Under the pieces are notes generated by a model. It worked only from the letters and a program-made list of their open reading frames with translations. It searched no databases and was not told where the DNA came from. A stretch of DNA of 32,000 bases from NCBI RefSeq assembly GCF_029504745.1, contig NZ_JAQFIQ010000025.1, forward strand, positions 1-32,000, read 5' to 3'. Below are positions 17,482 through 25,985 of the stretch, in pieces. Positions within the stretch are counted from its first letter, which is position 1. Each line of letters opens with the position of its first letter. This stretch comes from Breznakia sp. PF5-3 (GTDB lineage Bacteria > Bacillota_I > Bacilli_A > Erysipelotrichales > Erysipelotrichaceae). The position numbers and the translations under genes are program-made.

Positions 17482-17754
17482 CTAGGTGCCCTTGGGGTAT
17501 AAAATGTCGTTCTCCATTTCAAGCTGTTTATTTCTTTTTCTTAAAGCAATCAATTCTTTTTCTTCTGGAGTAAGGTTATCTTTTGCTTTGAATGATCCTG
17601 CTGTATCTGCCTGTTTAATCCATTTCGTTAATGCTGAAGGGGTTAAATCATATTCTCTAATAATTTCGGACTTGGGTTTTCCACTTTGGTATAAATTTAC
17701 CATTTGCTGTTTAAATTCACTTGTAAATACTCTACGTTCTCTTCTTGTTGTCAT
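17482..17754 (-). CDS. IS3-family transposase OrfA (HTH_Tnp_1)
   Basis: 90 aa: RRVFTSEFKQQMVNLYQSGKPKSEIIREYDLTPSALTKWIKQ followed by the leucine-zipper-like LIALRKRNKQLEMENDIL. It ends at TAG 17482..17484. Confidence 0.8.
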   Translation of the reverse strand: MTTRRERRVFTSEFKQQMVNLYQSGKPKSEIIREYDLTPSALTKWIKQADTAGSFKAKDNLTPEEKELIALRKRNKQLEMENDILYPKGT

Positions 17755-18285
17755 TTTCTTTTCCTCGCTCTTCTATTTTACCATGACAACCTTATCTTTT
17801 CTGTCTACTTTATTGTAGCCTATCCAGGATTTGATGCACTAACTTTGTTGCTTTTTGATTCATCCTTTACCTCCGCGCTTAATAGCCACATATTATTTTT
17901 ATGACATATCGCACATACTATAATAGTTGTTTTAATCGTCAATAAGGTTTCATAAAAGTGAATGGATCAACAAGAAAATTAATCAACTATATTTCTATAT
18001 TGGCGAATATAAGATATGGTTTAGATACAAAACATAGCAAATTAACCACGACAAAAAGAAACACTGGAGTTAGATATAAGCTAAATGCAACAACCTATTG
18101 TTTTTAGTTTAATAATCAAGAATTCTTATTTATTATATTATTTATGTTTTATTTTTGTCTTGATTTCAGTATAATAATACTATAGTTTTAGGTATGGAAG
18201 AGATCCTTTGGACTTTTACTTTACAAAAAACGAAACTTGAATAACTAAGACGTTGCATTCTTAACGAAGTGACAGTGGAGGTACT

Positions 18286-18903
18286 ATGAAAAAAACTAAT
18301 ATGAAACGTTTTACGCTTTTAGCACTTTTCATCGCAATTGAAATTGCTGTAAGTGTCATCCCCTTTTTGGGATTTATCCCTTTGGGATTTATCAATGCTA
18401 CAACATTGCATATTCCAGTAATTGTAGCTGCGATTCTTTTAGGAAAAAAAGAAGGAGCAATTGTAGGATTCGTCTTTGGACTAATTTCGCTTATTAAGCA
18501 TACATTAGAACCTAGTGTATCCAGCTTTATCTTTTCTCCTTTTATTACGATTGGTGGAACAAGTGGAAACTTTGCCAGCTTATTGATTGCCATTGTACCA
18601 CGTACATTGATTGGTTTCCTATCTGGATTTCTATATGAAATATTATCAAAAAGAAAGATAAATGATGTAATATCTATTAGCATTAGTGCGGTTGTTGGTT
18701 CTCTTACCAACACTATTTTAGTACTTGGAGGTATCGTTGTTTTCTTTGGTAGAGCATATGCTGATGCCATAGCGATTCCATATAATACCCTTTTAACCTT
18801 TATCATGGGGATTGTAACTTCCAGTGGTATTATAGAAGCAATTGTAGCTGCTATAATTGCGGTAGCAATATGTAAAGCGGGGAAAAGAGTTCTTTCTTTA
18901 TAA
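18286..18903 (+). CDS. panT: ECF transporter S-component, probable pantothenate-specific (PanT-like)
   Basis: 205-aa protein with about six TM helices of the small ECF S-component type. GGAGG lies 5 nt upstream of the ATG. Pantothenate specificity is inferred only from its position directly upstream of coaBC-coaX. Confidence 0.6.
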   Translation: MKKTNMKRFTLLALFIAIEIAVSVIPFLGFIPLGFINATTLHIPVIVAAILLGKKEGAIVGFVFGLISLIKHTLEPSVSSFIFSPFITIGGTSGNFASLLIAIVPRTLIGFLSGFLYEILSKRKINDVISISISAVVGSLTNTILVLGGIVVFFGRAYADAIAIPYNTLLTFIMGIVTSSGIIEAIVAAIIAVAICKAGKRVLSL

Positions 18904-18912
18904 GGAGTTTAT

Positions 18913-20085
18913 ATGAAAAAAACAATCGTTATCGGTGTTACAAGCAGTATCGCTACATATAAAGCGGTACAACTTGTTAGTGACCTGTTGAAATTAGATT
19001 ATGATGTAGAAGTTATCATGAGTAAAAATGCATGCGAATTTATTCAACCATTAACTTTTTCATCACTTACCAAACATAAGACATATGTAGATACTTTTGA
19101 TCGTGAAGTTGATTATCAAGTAGAACACATTTCATTAGCAAAAAAAGCAGATGTATTTATGATTGTTCCTGCTACTGCCAATGTGATTGCCAAAGTTGCT
19201 CATGGGATATGTGATGATATGCTAACAACCACTTTCTTGGCTGCTGAATGTCCTAAAATCATTGCACCTGCAATGAATACAAGAATGCTTAGCAATCCAA
19301 TTACACAAGACAATCTAAAACGTTGTAAGGATTATGGAATGCAAATCGTAGAACCCGAGAATGGGCTCTTGGCTTGTGGTGATCAAGGAGCAGGAAAATT
19401 AGCTAAGATTGATGATTTAATTGAGTATATTGATATGGCAGCCTATAGTGAAAAACCACTGATAGGAAAAAAGGTATTAATAAGTGCTGGTCCAACCGTT
19501 GAAAAAATCGATCCTGTTCGTTATATCTCTAATCACTCAAGTGGTAAAATGGGATATGCACTAGCTAGAGCAGCAAGAAACATGGGAGCAAATGTAACCC
19601 TTGTTAGTGGACCTGTAAATATAAAAAAGCCAAACGCCATAAACGTCATTGATATTAGCAGTGCCGAAGAAATGGCACAAACAATAAAAGCAAATTATGA
19701 TGATAGTGATTATGTAATTATGGCAGCAGCTGTTGCCGACTTCACACCCACACATATGGAAAGTGAAAAAATCAAAAAGAAAGATGCTGTGAATTCATTA
19801 GAATTGAAAGCTAGTGAAGACATTCTAAAGTATCTTGGAAAGCATAAAAAACATCAGAAACTTTGTGGTTTTGCCATGGAGACAACAAATGTTCTTAAAC
19901 ATGCAAAAGATAAGTTTAAGCAAAAAAATTGTGATTTGCTCGTTGTAAATGATTTAAACGAACATGGAGCAGGATTTAAAGTTGACACAAATAGAGTCAC
20001 GCTAATTGATAAACATGATGTTCAAGAATTAACACTGATGAGTAAAGAACAATTAGCGTATACTATTTTGAATAAATTAATATGA
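18913..20085 (+). CDS. coaBC: Bifunctional phosphopantothenoylcysteine decarboxylase / phosphopantothenate-cysteine ligase
   Basis: 390 aa. The N-terminal flavoprotein domain is IVIGVTSSIATYKA...PATANVIAK. The CoaB domain contains ISNHSSGKMGYALA. Confidence 0.9.
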   Translation: MKKTIVIGVTSSIATYKAVQLVSDLLKLDYDVEVIMSKNACEFIQPLTFSSLTKHKTYVDTFDREVDYQVEHISLAKKADVFMIVPATANVIAKVAHGICDDMLTTTFLAAECPKIIAPAMNTRMLSNPITQDNLKRCKDYGMQIVEPENGLLACGDQGAGKLAKIDDLIEYIDMAAYSEKPLIGKKVLISAGPTVEKIDPVRYISNHSSGKMGYALARAARNMGANVTLVSGPVNIKKPNAINVIDISSAEEMAQTIKANYDDSDYVIMAAAVADFTPTHMESEKIKKKDAVNSLELKASEDILKYLGKHKKHQKLCGFAMETTNVLKHAKDKFKQKNCDLLVVNDLNEHGAGFKVDTNRVTLIDKHDVQELTLMSKEQLAYTILNKLI

Positions 20086-20102
20086 TATTGAGGTGAAAGT
20101 GA

Positions 20103-20873
20103 ATGTTAGTAGTTGTAGATATAGGGAATACAAATATTACGATTGGATTGTTCAGGGGCGATGATCTCATCGCAAACTATCGTTTGACCACACTTGCTAA
20201 GCGTACAAGCGACGAGTATGGATTTTTGATTACCAGCTTTTTAAATAATGAGCACATTAAACCAAGTGATGTTCAGGATGTAATCATTGCAAGTGTCGTT
20301 CCAAAAATTATGTACTCTTTTAATAATTCAATTCGAAAGTATTTTAAAAAAGAACCAATCATTGTTGGTCCAGGAATTAAGACTGGTATTTCAATTAGGA
20401 TTGATAATCCACGTGATTTAGGTGCTGATCGTTTAGTTGATGCAGTGGCCGCTTACTATATCCACAAGGGGAATGTCCTAGTTATTGATTTTGGTACAGC
20501 TACAACATTTGATTATATCAATGAAAAAGGAGAGTTTGTTGGTGGAGTAACAAGTCCTGGAATTGAAATTGGAGCACAAGCAATGGCTGCAAAAGCAGCG
20601 AAGCTTCCAGAGATTGAAATCAAGGCAAGTCCAGGAGTGCTAGCTACCAATACAATCGATAGTATGCAAGCTGGTGTATATTTTGGTTACATTGGCCATA
20701 CGGAATATATTATAAAAAAATTTAAAGAAACAGTTTCTAGTGATTTAAAAGTTGTTGCTACCGGTGGGCTAGGTAGAATTATTGCAGAAAATACAGAGAT
20801 GATTGACGTGTATGATCAGGATCTGACATTTAAAGGATTAAAGATGATTTATGATCGAACAAAAAAAGGTTAA
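20103..20873 (+). CDS. coaX: Type III pantothenate kinase
   Basis: 256 aa with the VVDIGNTN, LGADRL and DFGTATT motifs of the CoaX / ASKHA fold. Confidence 0.9.
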   Translation: MLVVVDIGNTNITIGLFRGDDLIANYRLTTLAKRTSDEYGFLITSFLNNEHIKPSDVQDVIIASVVPKIMYSFNNSIRKYFKKEPIIVGPGIKTGISIRIDNPRDLGADRLVDAVAAYYIHKGNVLVIDFGTATTFDYINEKGEFVGGVTSPGIEIGAQAMAAKAAKLPEIEIKASPGVLATNTIDSMQAGVYFGYIGHTEYIIKKFKETVSSDLKVVATGGLGRIIAENTEMIDVYDQDLTFKGLKMIYDRTKKG

Positions 20874-21567
20874 TCATTTACATAGTTCCCGTACCGATTT
20901 AGAAAAACGGGGATATATTGAACATTACGACACTAGTGGTACTTCAAAAGCTTTAAAACCAAATTTAGAATTATTACACGACAAAACTGCAGTAAACCGC
21001 TCACTTGGCGCAAAAATGCTCGTGTATCGTTTATACAAACACGAAGTTATTGAAGCTTTACTTTTACAACTAGACCGTGAAAAAGCACTCTATACGCGCT
21101 TAGAAATTTGCAATACACTATCTCATGGAGATGCAAATTGTGCAAAATTAATGATTAAATATCTAGGGAAAATAGGAAAAAACCAATATCATTGTCTACC
21201 AAAGAAGATATCAAAGAAAAAAAGTTTTCCTTTACCTCGTGATATTATAGCCCGTACACTAGGCAGGATGGATAAGACAACAACGCGAATACTGTTGAAT
21301 GCACTCCCTACCTGCTCTATCACACAAGCACGCGAGTTAATCGATGCTATCGGGTACCAATATTTCCACCAAAAAACAAATAAACGACAAATTTTTAATA
21401 AATTATATTCATATTACCAAGATTGTGATGATGACATCATTCGTTGGAAAATCATCTGTGTCTTTGGTTGGCTAAAACCTTACAGTACAGATATTTTACA
21501 ATCTATTCCAGATACTGAAGGTATCTTATATGAAGAAGCACAAAAAGGCTTACAAAGTAAAAACTAG
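20851..21567 (+). CDS. Hypothetical protein, HEAT/armadillo-like helical repeats
   Basis: 238-aa ORF overlapping the coaX end by 23 nt. Its helical-repeat character (LLLQLDREKALYTRLEICNTL, ARTLGRM, ELIDAIG) is a weak inference. Confidence 0.5.
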   Translation: MIEQKKVNHLHSSRTDLEKRGYIEHYDTSGTSKALKPNLELLHDKTAVNRSLGAKMLVYRLYKHEVIEALLLQLDREKALYTRLEICNTLSHGDANCAKLMIKYLGKIGKNQYHCLPKKISKKKSFPLPRDIIARTLGRMDKTTTRILLNALPTCSITQARELIDAIGYQYFHQKTNKRQIFNKLYSYYQDCDDDIIRWKIICVFGWLKPYSTDILQSIPDTEGILYEEAQKGLQSKN

Positions 21568-21575
21568 GTTAATTA

Positions 21576-22196
21576 TGAAGTGCACCCCGTTATTTGGACA
21601 ACCAAGTAATGGAGGTGCATTTTATTATGGTAAAGTTAACAAGGGATCAAAAAACAAGCATTTATGAAGAACGAAAAAATGGAGCACAGATGTTTCAGAA
21701 TTTCATATCGCAGCAGGAAAACTTTATTTATCCCCCATTTTAGATATGCATAATCGAGAGATTGTATCCTATAACATATCTAATAGTCCAAATTTTAAAC
21801 AAACGCAAGAAATGCTTGATAAGGCCTTTTCTAAGTATGAAAAGCTTGATGGTTTATTATTTCAATCGGATCAAGGTTGGCAATATCAAATGTATCAGTA
21901 TCATAAAGCATTGGCAGATAGAGAAATCATTCAATCAATGTCGCGTAAAGGGAATTGTCTGGATAATTCACCAATGGAAAATTTCTTTGGAGTAATGAAA
22001 AGAGAAATGTTTCATGGACATGAGTTTGAGTTTAATACATTAGAAGAATTAGAAGTCGCAATGGAAGAGTATATTGATTATTATAATAATCAAAGAATAA
22101 TAACAAAATTAAAAGGATTAACTCCTGTGCAACACAGAAATCAATCCTTAATGATTTAATCGTTAATACAGTGTCCAACTAATTGGGTTCACTTCA
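21576..22196 (+). mobile_element. Internally deleted IS3-family element (621 bp) with intact terminal inverted repeats
   Basis: The left IR is TGAAGTGCACCCCGTTATTTGGACA (21576..). The reverse complement of the right end (..22196) is TGAAGTGAACCCAATTAGTTGGACA. A 3-bp TTA flanks both ends (21573..21575 and 22197..22199). Confidence 0.75.
21686..22159 (+). pseudogene. Truncated IS3-family OrfB (C-terminal ~157 aa) joined out of frame to the first ~20 codons of orfA
   Basis: The orfA start is ATG 21627, giving MVKLTRDQKTSIYEERKNGAQ. From 21686 another frame reads TDVSEFHIAAGKLYLSPILDMHNREIVSYN...SDQGWQY...RKGNCLDNSPMENFF...LTPVQHRN, which is an rve core. The track ORF 21746..22159 is only its ATG-initiated part. 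Confidence 0.75.
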
Positions 22197-22222
22197 TTAT
22201 ATAATTATATATTACCTAGTTT

Positions 22223-23074
22223 TTATTTTACAAATTCCTTTATCGTATCTAAGCGATCCATTGTATCTTTATATCCTAATTCGAACCATCCCTTTAATTT
22301 TTCTTGATCTTGCGTATAACGAGTAATTCCATGATCTTCACTAGGACGTAACACCAATGCTTTACCCTCTTTTTCTAATTCAAGTACCTTATTCCATTGT
22401 TTTTCATAATTTAGATGACGTTTTTTTAAACCTTCTGCAACATATGGAAATTTACGATACTTCCATTTTGCCAATAAAATCTGCCATCCTGGCGCAGGTT
22501 TGCGAACATACCCTTCTTCTTTAGTAGAAATGAAAATATGTTTTTCATTTCCAGCACGAATGCTTTGCTCAATTGAAATCATATCAATTAACCCCGCATC
22601 CATGTACAATCCATTATTATATTTATAAGGTTTCGTTAATAACAACAAAGCACAACTTGCTTTTACAAGGGTTTGATTATGGTCAAGGTGTGTTTTATCA
22701 TAATACTCTACTTTTCCAGTTGCGAAATTATATACACCAATGTCTAGCTTTGTACTACTTTTATAAAACGTATCAAAATCAAGTGGTGCACGTGATTCTA
22801 AAAAACGAAAAGTAGCTTCAATTCCAAAAAGTCCCCCTTCTTTAAAGAGTGGTCTCCATCCCACGGCATCCTTTTGGGCACCAGCTTCAATTCCTGTAAC
22901 TGCTAAACGCTCTGGTTGACGAGAAACATAGGGAAGTAAATTTTCAGCACCAGCACTAATTCCTACACTATAAGGTAAATATATTTCTTGATCAAGAAAT
23001 GCTTTTAATACACCACTTGTATATGCTGCCTTTGTTCCCCCACCTTCACATATCAATCCTACTTTTTGATTCAT
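22223..23074 (-). CDS. Patatin-like phospholipase
   Basis: The oxyanion motif is CEGGGTKAAYTSG, the nucleophile elbow is GISAGA (GxSxG), and the Asp motif is MDAGLID. The likely start is ATG 23074 (MNQKVGL), preceded by AGGAGG. The track start 23107 would overlap cls. Confidence 0.8.
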   Translation of the reverse strand: MNQKVGLICEGGGTKAAYTSGVLKAFLDQEIYLPYSVGISAGAENLLPYVSRQPERLAVTGIEAGAQKDAVGWRPLFKEGGLFGIEATFRFLESRAPLDFDTFYKSSTKLDIGVYNFATGKVEYYDKTHLDHNQTLVKASCALLLLTKPYKYNNGLYMDAGLIDMISIEQSIRAGNEKHIFISTKEEGYVRKPAPGWQILLAKWKYRKFPYVAEGLKKRHLNYEKQWNKVLELEKEGKALVLRPSEDHGITRYTQDQEKLKGWFELGYKDTMDRLDTIKEFVK

Positions 23075-23090
23075 TCTATAAGCCTCCTGT

Positions 23091-24626
23091 TTACATAAGT
23101 GGTGCAAGAATATTTAACAATGCCCTTACAATACGAATTGGTAATCGCACTTTCTTGCACATTTCATACGTTATTTCTTTACTAACCTTTAAAGTTTGTA
23201 AATAATCTTCTTTAATATCTTTGATTGCTTTACTTCGATACATCCAAACACCACATTCATAATGTAAATAGTAAGAGCGGAAATCCATGTTTGTTGTTCC
23301 TACAATCGCATATTTATCATCTGCTACAAAGTTCTTTGCATGAATAAAACCTGGAGTATATTCATATATCTTAACCCCATTCTTGGTTAAATCTTCATAG
23401 TTATACCTTGTCAATTGAAAGACATACCATTTATCTGGAATATGTGGTACTAAAATTCGCACATCAACACCATTCTTTGCTGCAAGGATTAAACTTGTTT
23501 TCATCTCTTCATCAATAACTAGATAAGGCGTTGTAATATACACATAATCATCCGCATTGTTAATCATGTTGATGTGTGTATATTCTCCTACTTTTTGATC
23601 ATCTGTTGGTGTATCAGAAAAGGGTTGCACTAAACCATCATCAGGATAATCTTTGAAGTAATCAGGATCTACTCGATAGTTTGCATATACATCTTTATCT
23701 TCTTCATCAAAATTCCAAAACTGAAGAAACATCAGTGTAAAACTCCAAACTGCCTCTCCTTCTAGCATGATTCCCCCATCTTTCCAATGACCAAAACGTT
23801 CAATTCGATTGATGTATTCATCTGCTAAGTTTACTCCTCCAGACATTCCTACTTTACCATCTACAATAAAGATTTTACGATGATCACGATTGTTCATCTG
23901 TACTGCTAATCTCGCATGAATTGGATTAAATACTTTAGTCTTGATTCCTTTGGCATTTAATAAGCGATCATAATAATTGGGAAGCTTAGATGCACAACCA
24001 AAATCATCATACATAAGGCGTACATCAACACCTTCTTTTACTTTTCGCTCTAAAATTTCTAAAATCGTGTTCCACATGTATCCTTCATCAATGATAAAAT
24101 ACTCTAAGAAAATAAAATCTTTTGCTTCATTGAGCTTATCAATCATAGCTGCAAAATTATCTTCCCCAGTTGCAAAGAAAGTCGTTTTGGTTTTCCCATA
24201 AGGAGGAAAAGCACTTGCATTCCAAATATAATTAATTTGCTTATAAGCACCAGAATCATTGCTTGCTAAATCAGCATAATAATTTTGATTCACTTCAATA
24301 TATTGAAGCATTTCTTCATGTAAATCATGATCACGAACTCTGAGTGCTTTGGGAACTTGTTTCGCTCCAAAGATAAGATATAATAACCAACCAAAAATTG
24401 GTACCCCAATAATTACAACTGCCCATGACAATTTATAAGAAGGGTTATCACTACGATTTATAACATAAATACCAACAATTAAAGAAAGGATATTAAAAAA
24501 CATATATGCATTGATTGAAAACATACTTAAAACATAAACTCCTAATAGCATGATTGCCAATTGCGCCATAATTAAGAAGCCTACAATAACTAATTTATTT
24601 GTTAAAAGTCGTAGCAATCGCTTCAT
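23091..24626 (-). CDS. cls: Cardiolipin synthase (PLD superfamily, two HKD motifs)
   Basis: 511 aa with two N-terminal TM helices. The HKD motifs are HRKIFIVDGKVGMSGGVNLADEY and HAKNFVADDKYAIVGTTNMDFRS. Confidence 0.9.
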   Translation of the reverse strand: MKRLLRLLTNKLVIVGFLIMAQLAIMLLGVYVLSMFSINAYMFFNILSLIVGIYVINRSDNPSYKLSWAVVIIGVPIFGWLLYLIFGAKQVPKALRVRDHDLHEEMLQYIEVNQNYYADLASNDSGAYKQINYIWNASAFPPYGKTKTTFFATGEDNFAAMIDKLNEAKDFIFLEYFIIDEGYMWNTILEILERKVKEGVDVRLMYDDFGCASKLPNYYDRLLNAKGIKTKVFNPIHARLAVQMNNRDHRKIFIVDGKVGMSGGVNLADEYINRIERFGHWKDGGIMLEGEAVWSFTLMFLQFWNFDEEDKDVYANYRVDPDYFKDYPDDGLVQPFSDTPTDDQKVGEYTHINMINNADDYVYITTPYLVIDEEMKTSLILAAKNGVDVRILVPHIPDKWYVFQLTRYNYEDLTKNGVKIYEYTPGFIHAKNFVADDKYAIVGTTNMDFRSYYLHYECGVWMYRSKAIKDIKEDYLQTLKVSKEITYEMCKKVRLPIRIVRALLNILAPLM

Positions 24627-24643
24627 ATATCCTCCCTAATGTT

Positions 24644-25597
24644 TTATTTCTTTTTCTTCATATAATCAATTAGTATATCATATATAGTATCAATTACAAA
24701 CTCCTCTATATGTTCATCTTTTGGTGTTCCCACATCACTTACCATAAAATAATCCTTTTCATAAGTACCACTACTAATCATCATCGCCCGTGGAAAGCCT
24801 TCAATAACTGTATTGTTTTTATCATTATCATTTATATGACGTGTTTTTAAACTTGTTTCACCTTTATAAGTCTTTGTAAGTTCTTTTCCAATTGATTTTG
24901 TATTACGATCACAAAATAACTCAATTGTATTTCCAGAACCTATACAATATAAAGAAATTAAACTTAAATTCAATTTATTATGCTCTTGAAGATATTTTGT
25001 TATTTGGGGATTCCCTAATGCAGTTGATGGTTTGTTACCATCACTAAAAATAAACATAACTTCTTTTCTACGGTTTTCTGGAAGGTTTTCAGCCAACTGT
25101 ACAGCAAGTGCAATGGCACTACTATTATTAACATAATTATGCTTATTTCCAAACCCATGCAAAATAAACCAAATCAATACTCCCAAATACAAAAAACAAA
25201 GGGGATAAAAAATATTTAATACATCTTTGCTTATAAAAGATGGAAAAAGATATACAAATGCTAATAAAAAACCATATCCTATAAACATTGGTAAATATGT
25301 AGGTAAAAATAATTTACGCATATTAAAATATCCATCATGTGGATATATTTTATTTTTAAACCAAAGTACCCTTGCAGGTGTATTATAAGGAATCACATAA
25401 GCATACTTTGCCTGCTTTGGTTGTCCAATGTAAATATTCTCTAATTTAGAAAACTTTGAGCGTTCTGAAGTTATCTCACTCTTATATCCTAAGGCATGAA
25501 ATTCATCTGTAATTGCTGTTTGAAATTGTTGTTTTTCTTTTTTTGAAAATCGTTTTCCAAATGTATTCAAATACTTCTCTTTAAGTTTGTTGTCCAT
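24644..25597 (-). CDS. Hypothetical membrane protein (first gene of the cls-patatin operon)
   Basis: 317-aa ORF. A cytoplasmic N-terminal ~95 aa is followed by 2-3 TM helices (LPMFIGYGFLLAFVYLF, FYPLCFLYLGVLIWFILHGF) and a ~170-aa C-terminal domain. No motif recognised. Confidence 0.6.
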   Translation of the reverse strand: MDNKLKEKYLNTFGKRFSKKEKQQFQTAITDEFHALGYKSEITSERSKFSKLENIYIGQPKQAKYAYVIPYNTPARVLWFKNKIYPHDGYFNMRKLFLPTYLPMFIGYGFLLAFVYLFPSFISKDVLNIFYPLCFLYLGVLIWFILHGFGNKHNYVNNSSAIALAVQLAENLPENRRKEVMFIFSDGNKPSTALGNPQITKYLQEHNKLNLSLISLYCIGSGNTIELFCDRNTKSIGKELTKTYKGETSLKTRHINDNDKNNTVIEGFPRAMMISSGTYEKDYFMVSDVGTPKDEHIEEFVIDTIYDILIDYMKKKK

Positions 25598-25713
25598 AAA
25601 AATACCTCAATGTAACTATTATACAATAAATAACTAAAATTAAAAATATTCACCACTGTTATGAAATAAATGTTGCACTAATTTTCATTAAATGTAATTT
25701 TTTACATTTTTTG

Positions 25714-25742
25714 TTGACATGTTGTTTCATTAGTCGTATTAT
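25714..25742 (+). promoter_or_regulatory. Sigma-A promoter of the arg operon leader
   Basis: TTGACA (25714..25719), a 17-nt spacer, then TATTAT (25737..25742). Confidence 0.7.
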
Positions 25743-25754
25743 ATAACCAATACA

Positions 25755-25985
25755 AAAAACGTTGACTAGGAGAGTATACTTATTATTTGTATCCAGCGAG
25801 ATGTTACAGAGTGGAAGTACATCATATAAATATAAGTAGAAACGCACCTACGAGTTCTTGTGGGAATTTAGTATCACAAGACGCATCATCTGCGTTACAG
25901 ATAGAGTGGCTATTTTTAGCAACTAGAGTGGTACCACGTGTGGATAACAAGCGTCTCTGGATATTTCCAGATGACGCTTTTTTAT
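25755..25985 (+). promoter_or_regulatory. T-box riboswitch leader, specifier CGC (Arg)
   Basis: GA motifs are TTGA 25762..25765 and CGAG 25851..25854. The closing helix is TAGG 25767..25770 / CCTA 25847..25850. A long stem pairs ACTTATTATTT with AAATATAAGT. It has an AGCGAGA bulge and a distal loop AGAGTGGAA. The specifier loop reads AGTAGAAA-CGC-A (CGC 25843..25845). The T-box sequence is AACTAGAGTGGTACCACGTG (25921..25940). The terminator is AAGCGTCTCTGGA / TCCAGATGACGCTT (25949..25979) followed by T5. Confidence 0.85.

Larger units (their letters stand above)
16613..17808 (-). mobile_element. IS3-family insertion sequence (~1.2 kb)
   Basis: Imperfect terminal inverted repeats: GTAGACAAATTTTATAAGGT at 16613.. 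and the reverse complement of 17789..17808, GTAGACAGAAAAGATAAGGT (form GTAGACA-N6-ATAAGGT). TTT flanks both ends (16610..16612 and 17809..17811), possibly a 3-bp TSD, though this is weak evidence in AT-rich DNA. The element carries orfA and orfB. Confidence 0.75.

Noticed and set aside
17455-17484. In-frame TAG/TAA stops in the IS3 element as a hint of stop-codon reassignment.
   Set aside because: TAA, TAG and TGA all terminate well-supported genes in this window: TAA for argG, TAG for the DUF1846 gene and the second ABC ATPase, TGA for coaBC and the activase. The standard bacterial code applies.
25691-25712. AT-rich hairpin AATGTAA-TTTT-TTACATT followed by a T-run, just upstream of the arg promoter.
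   Set aside because: The stem is seven A/T-dominated base pairs with negligible stability, and no upstream + strand gene exists for it to terminate.
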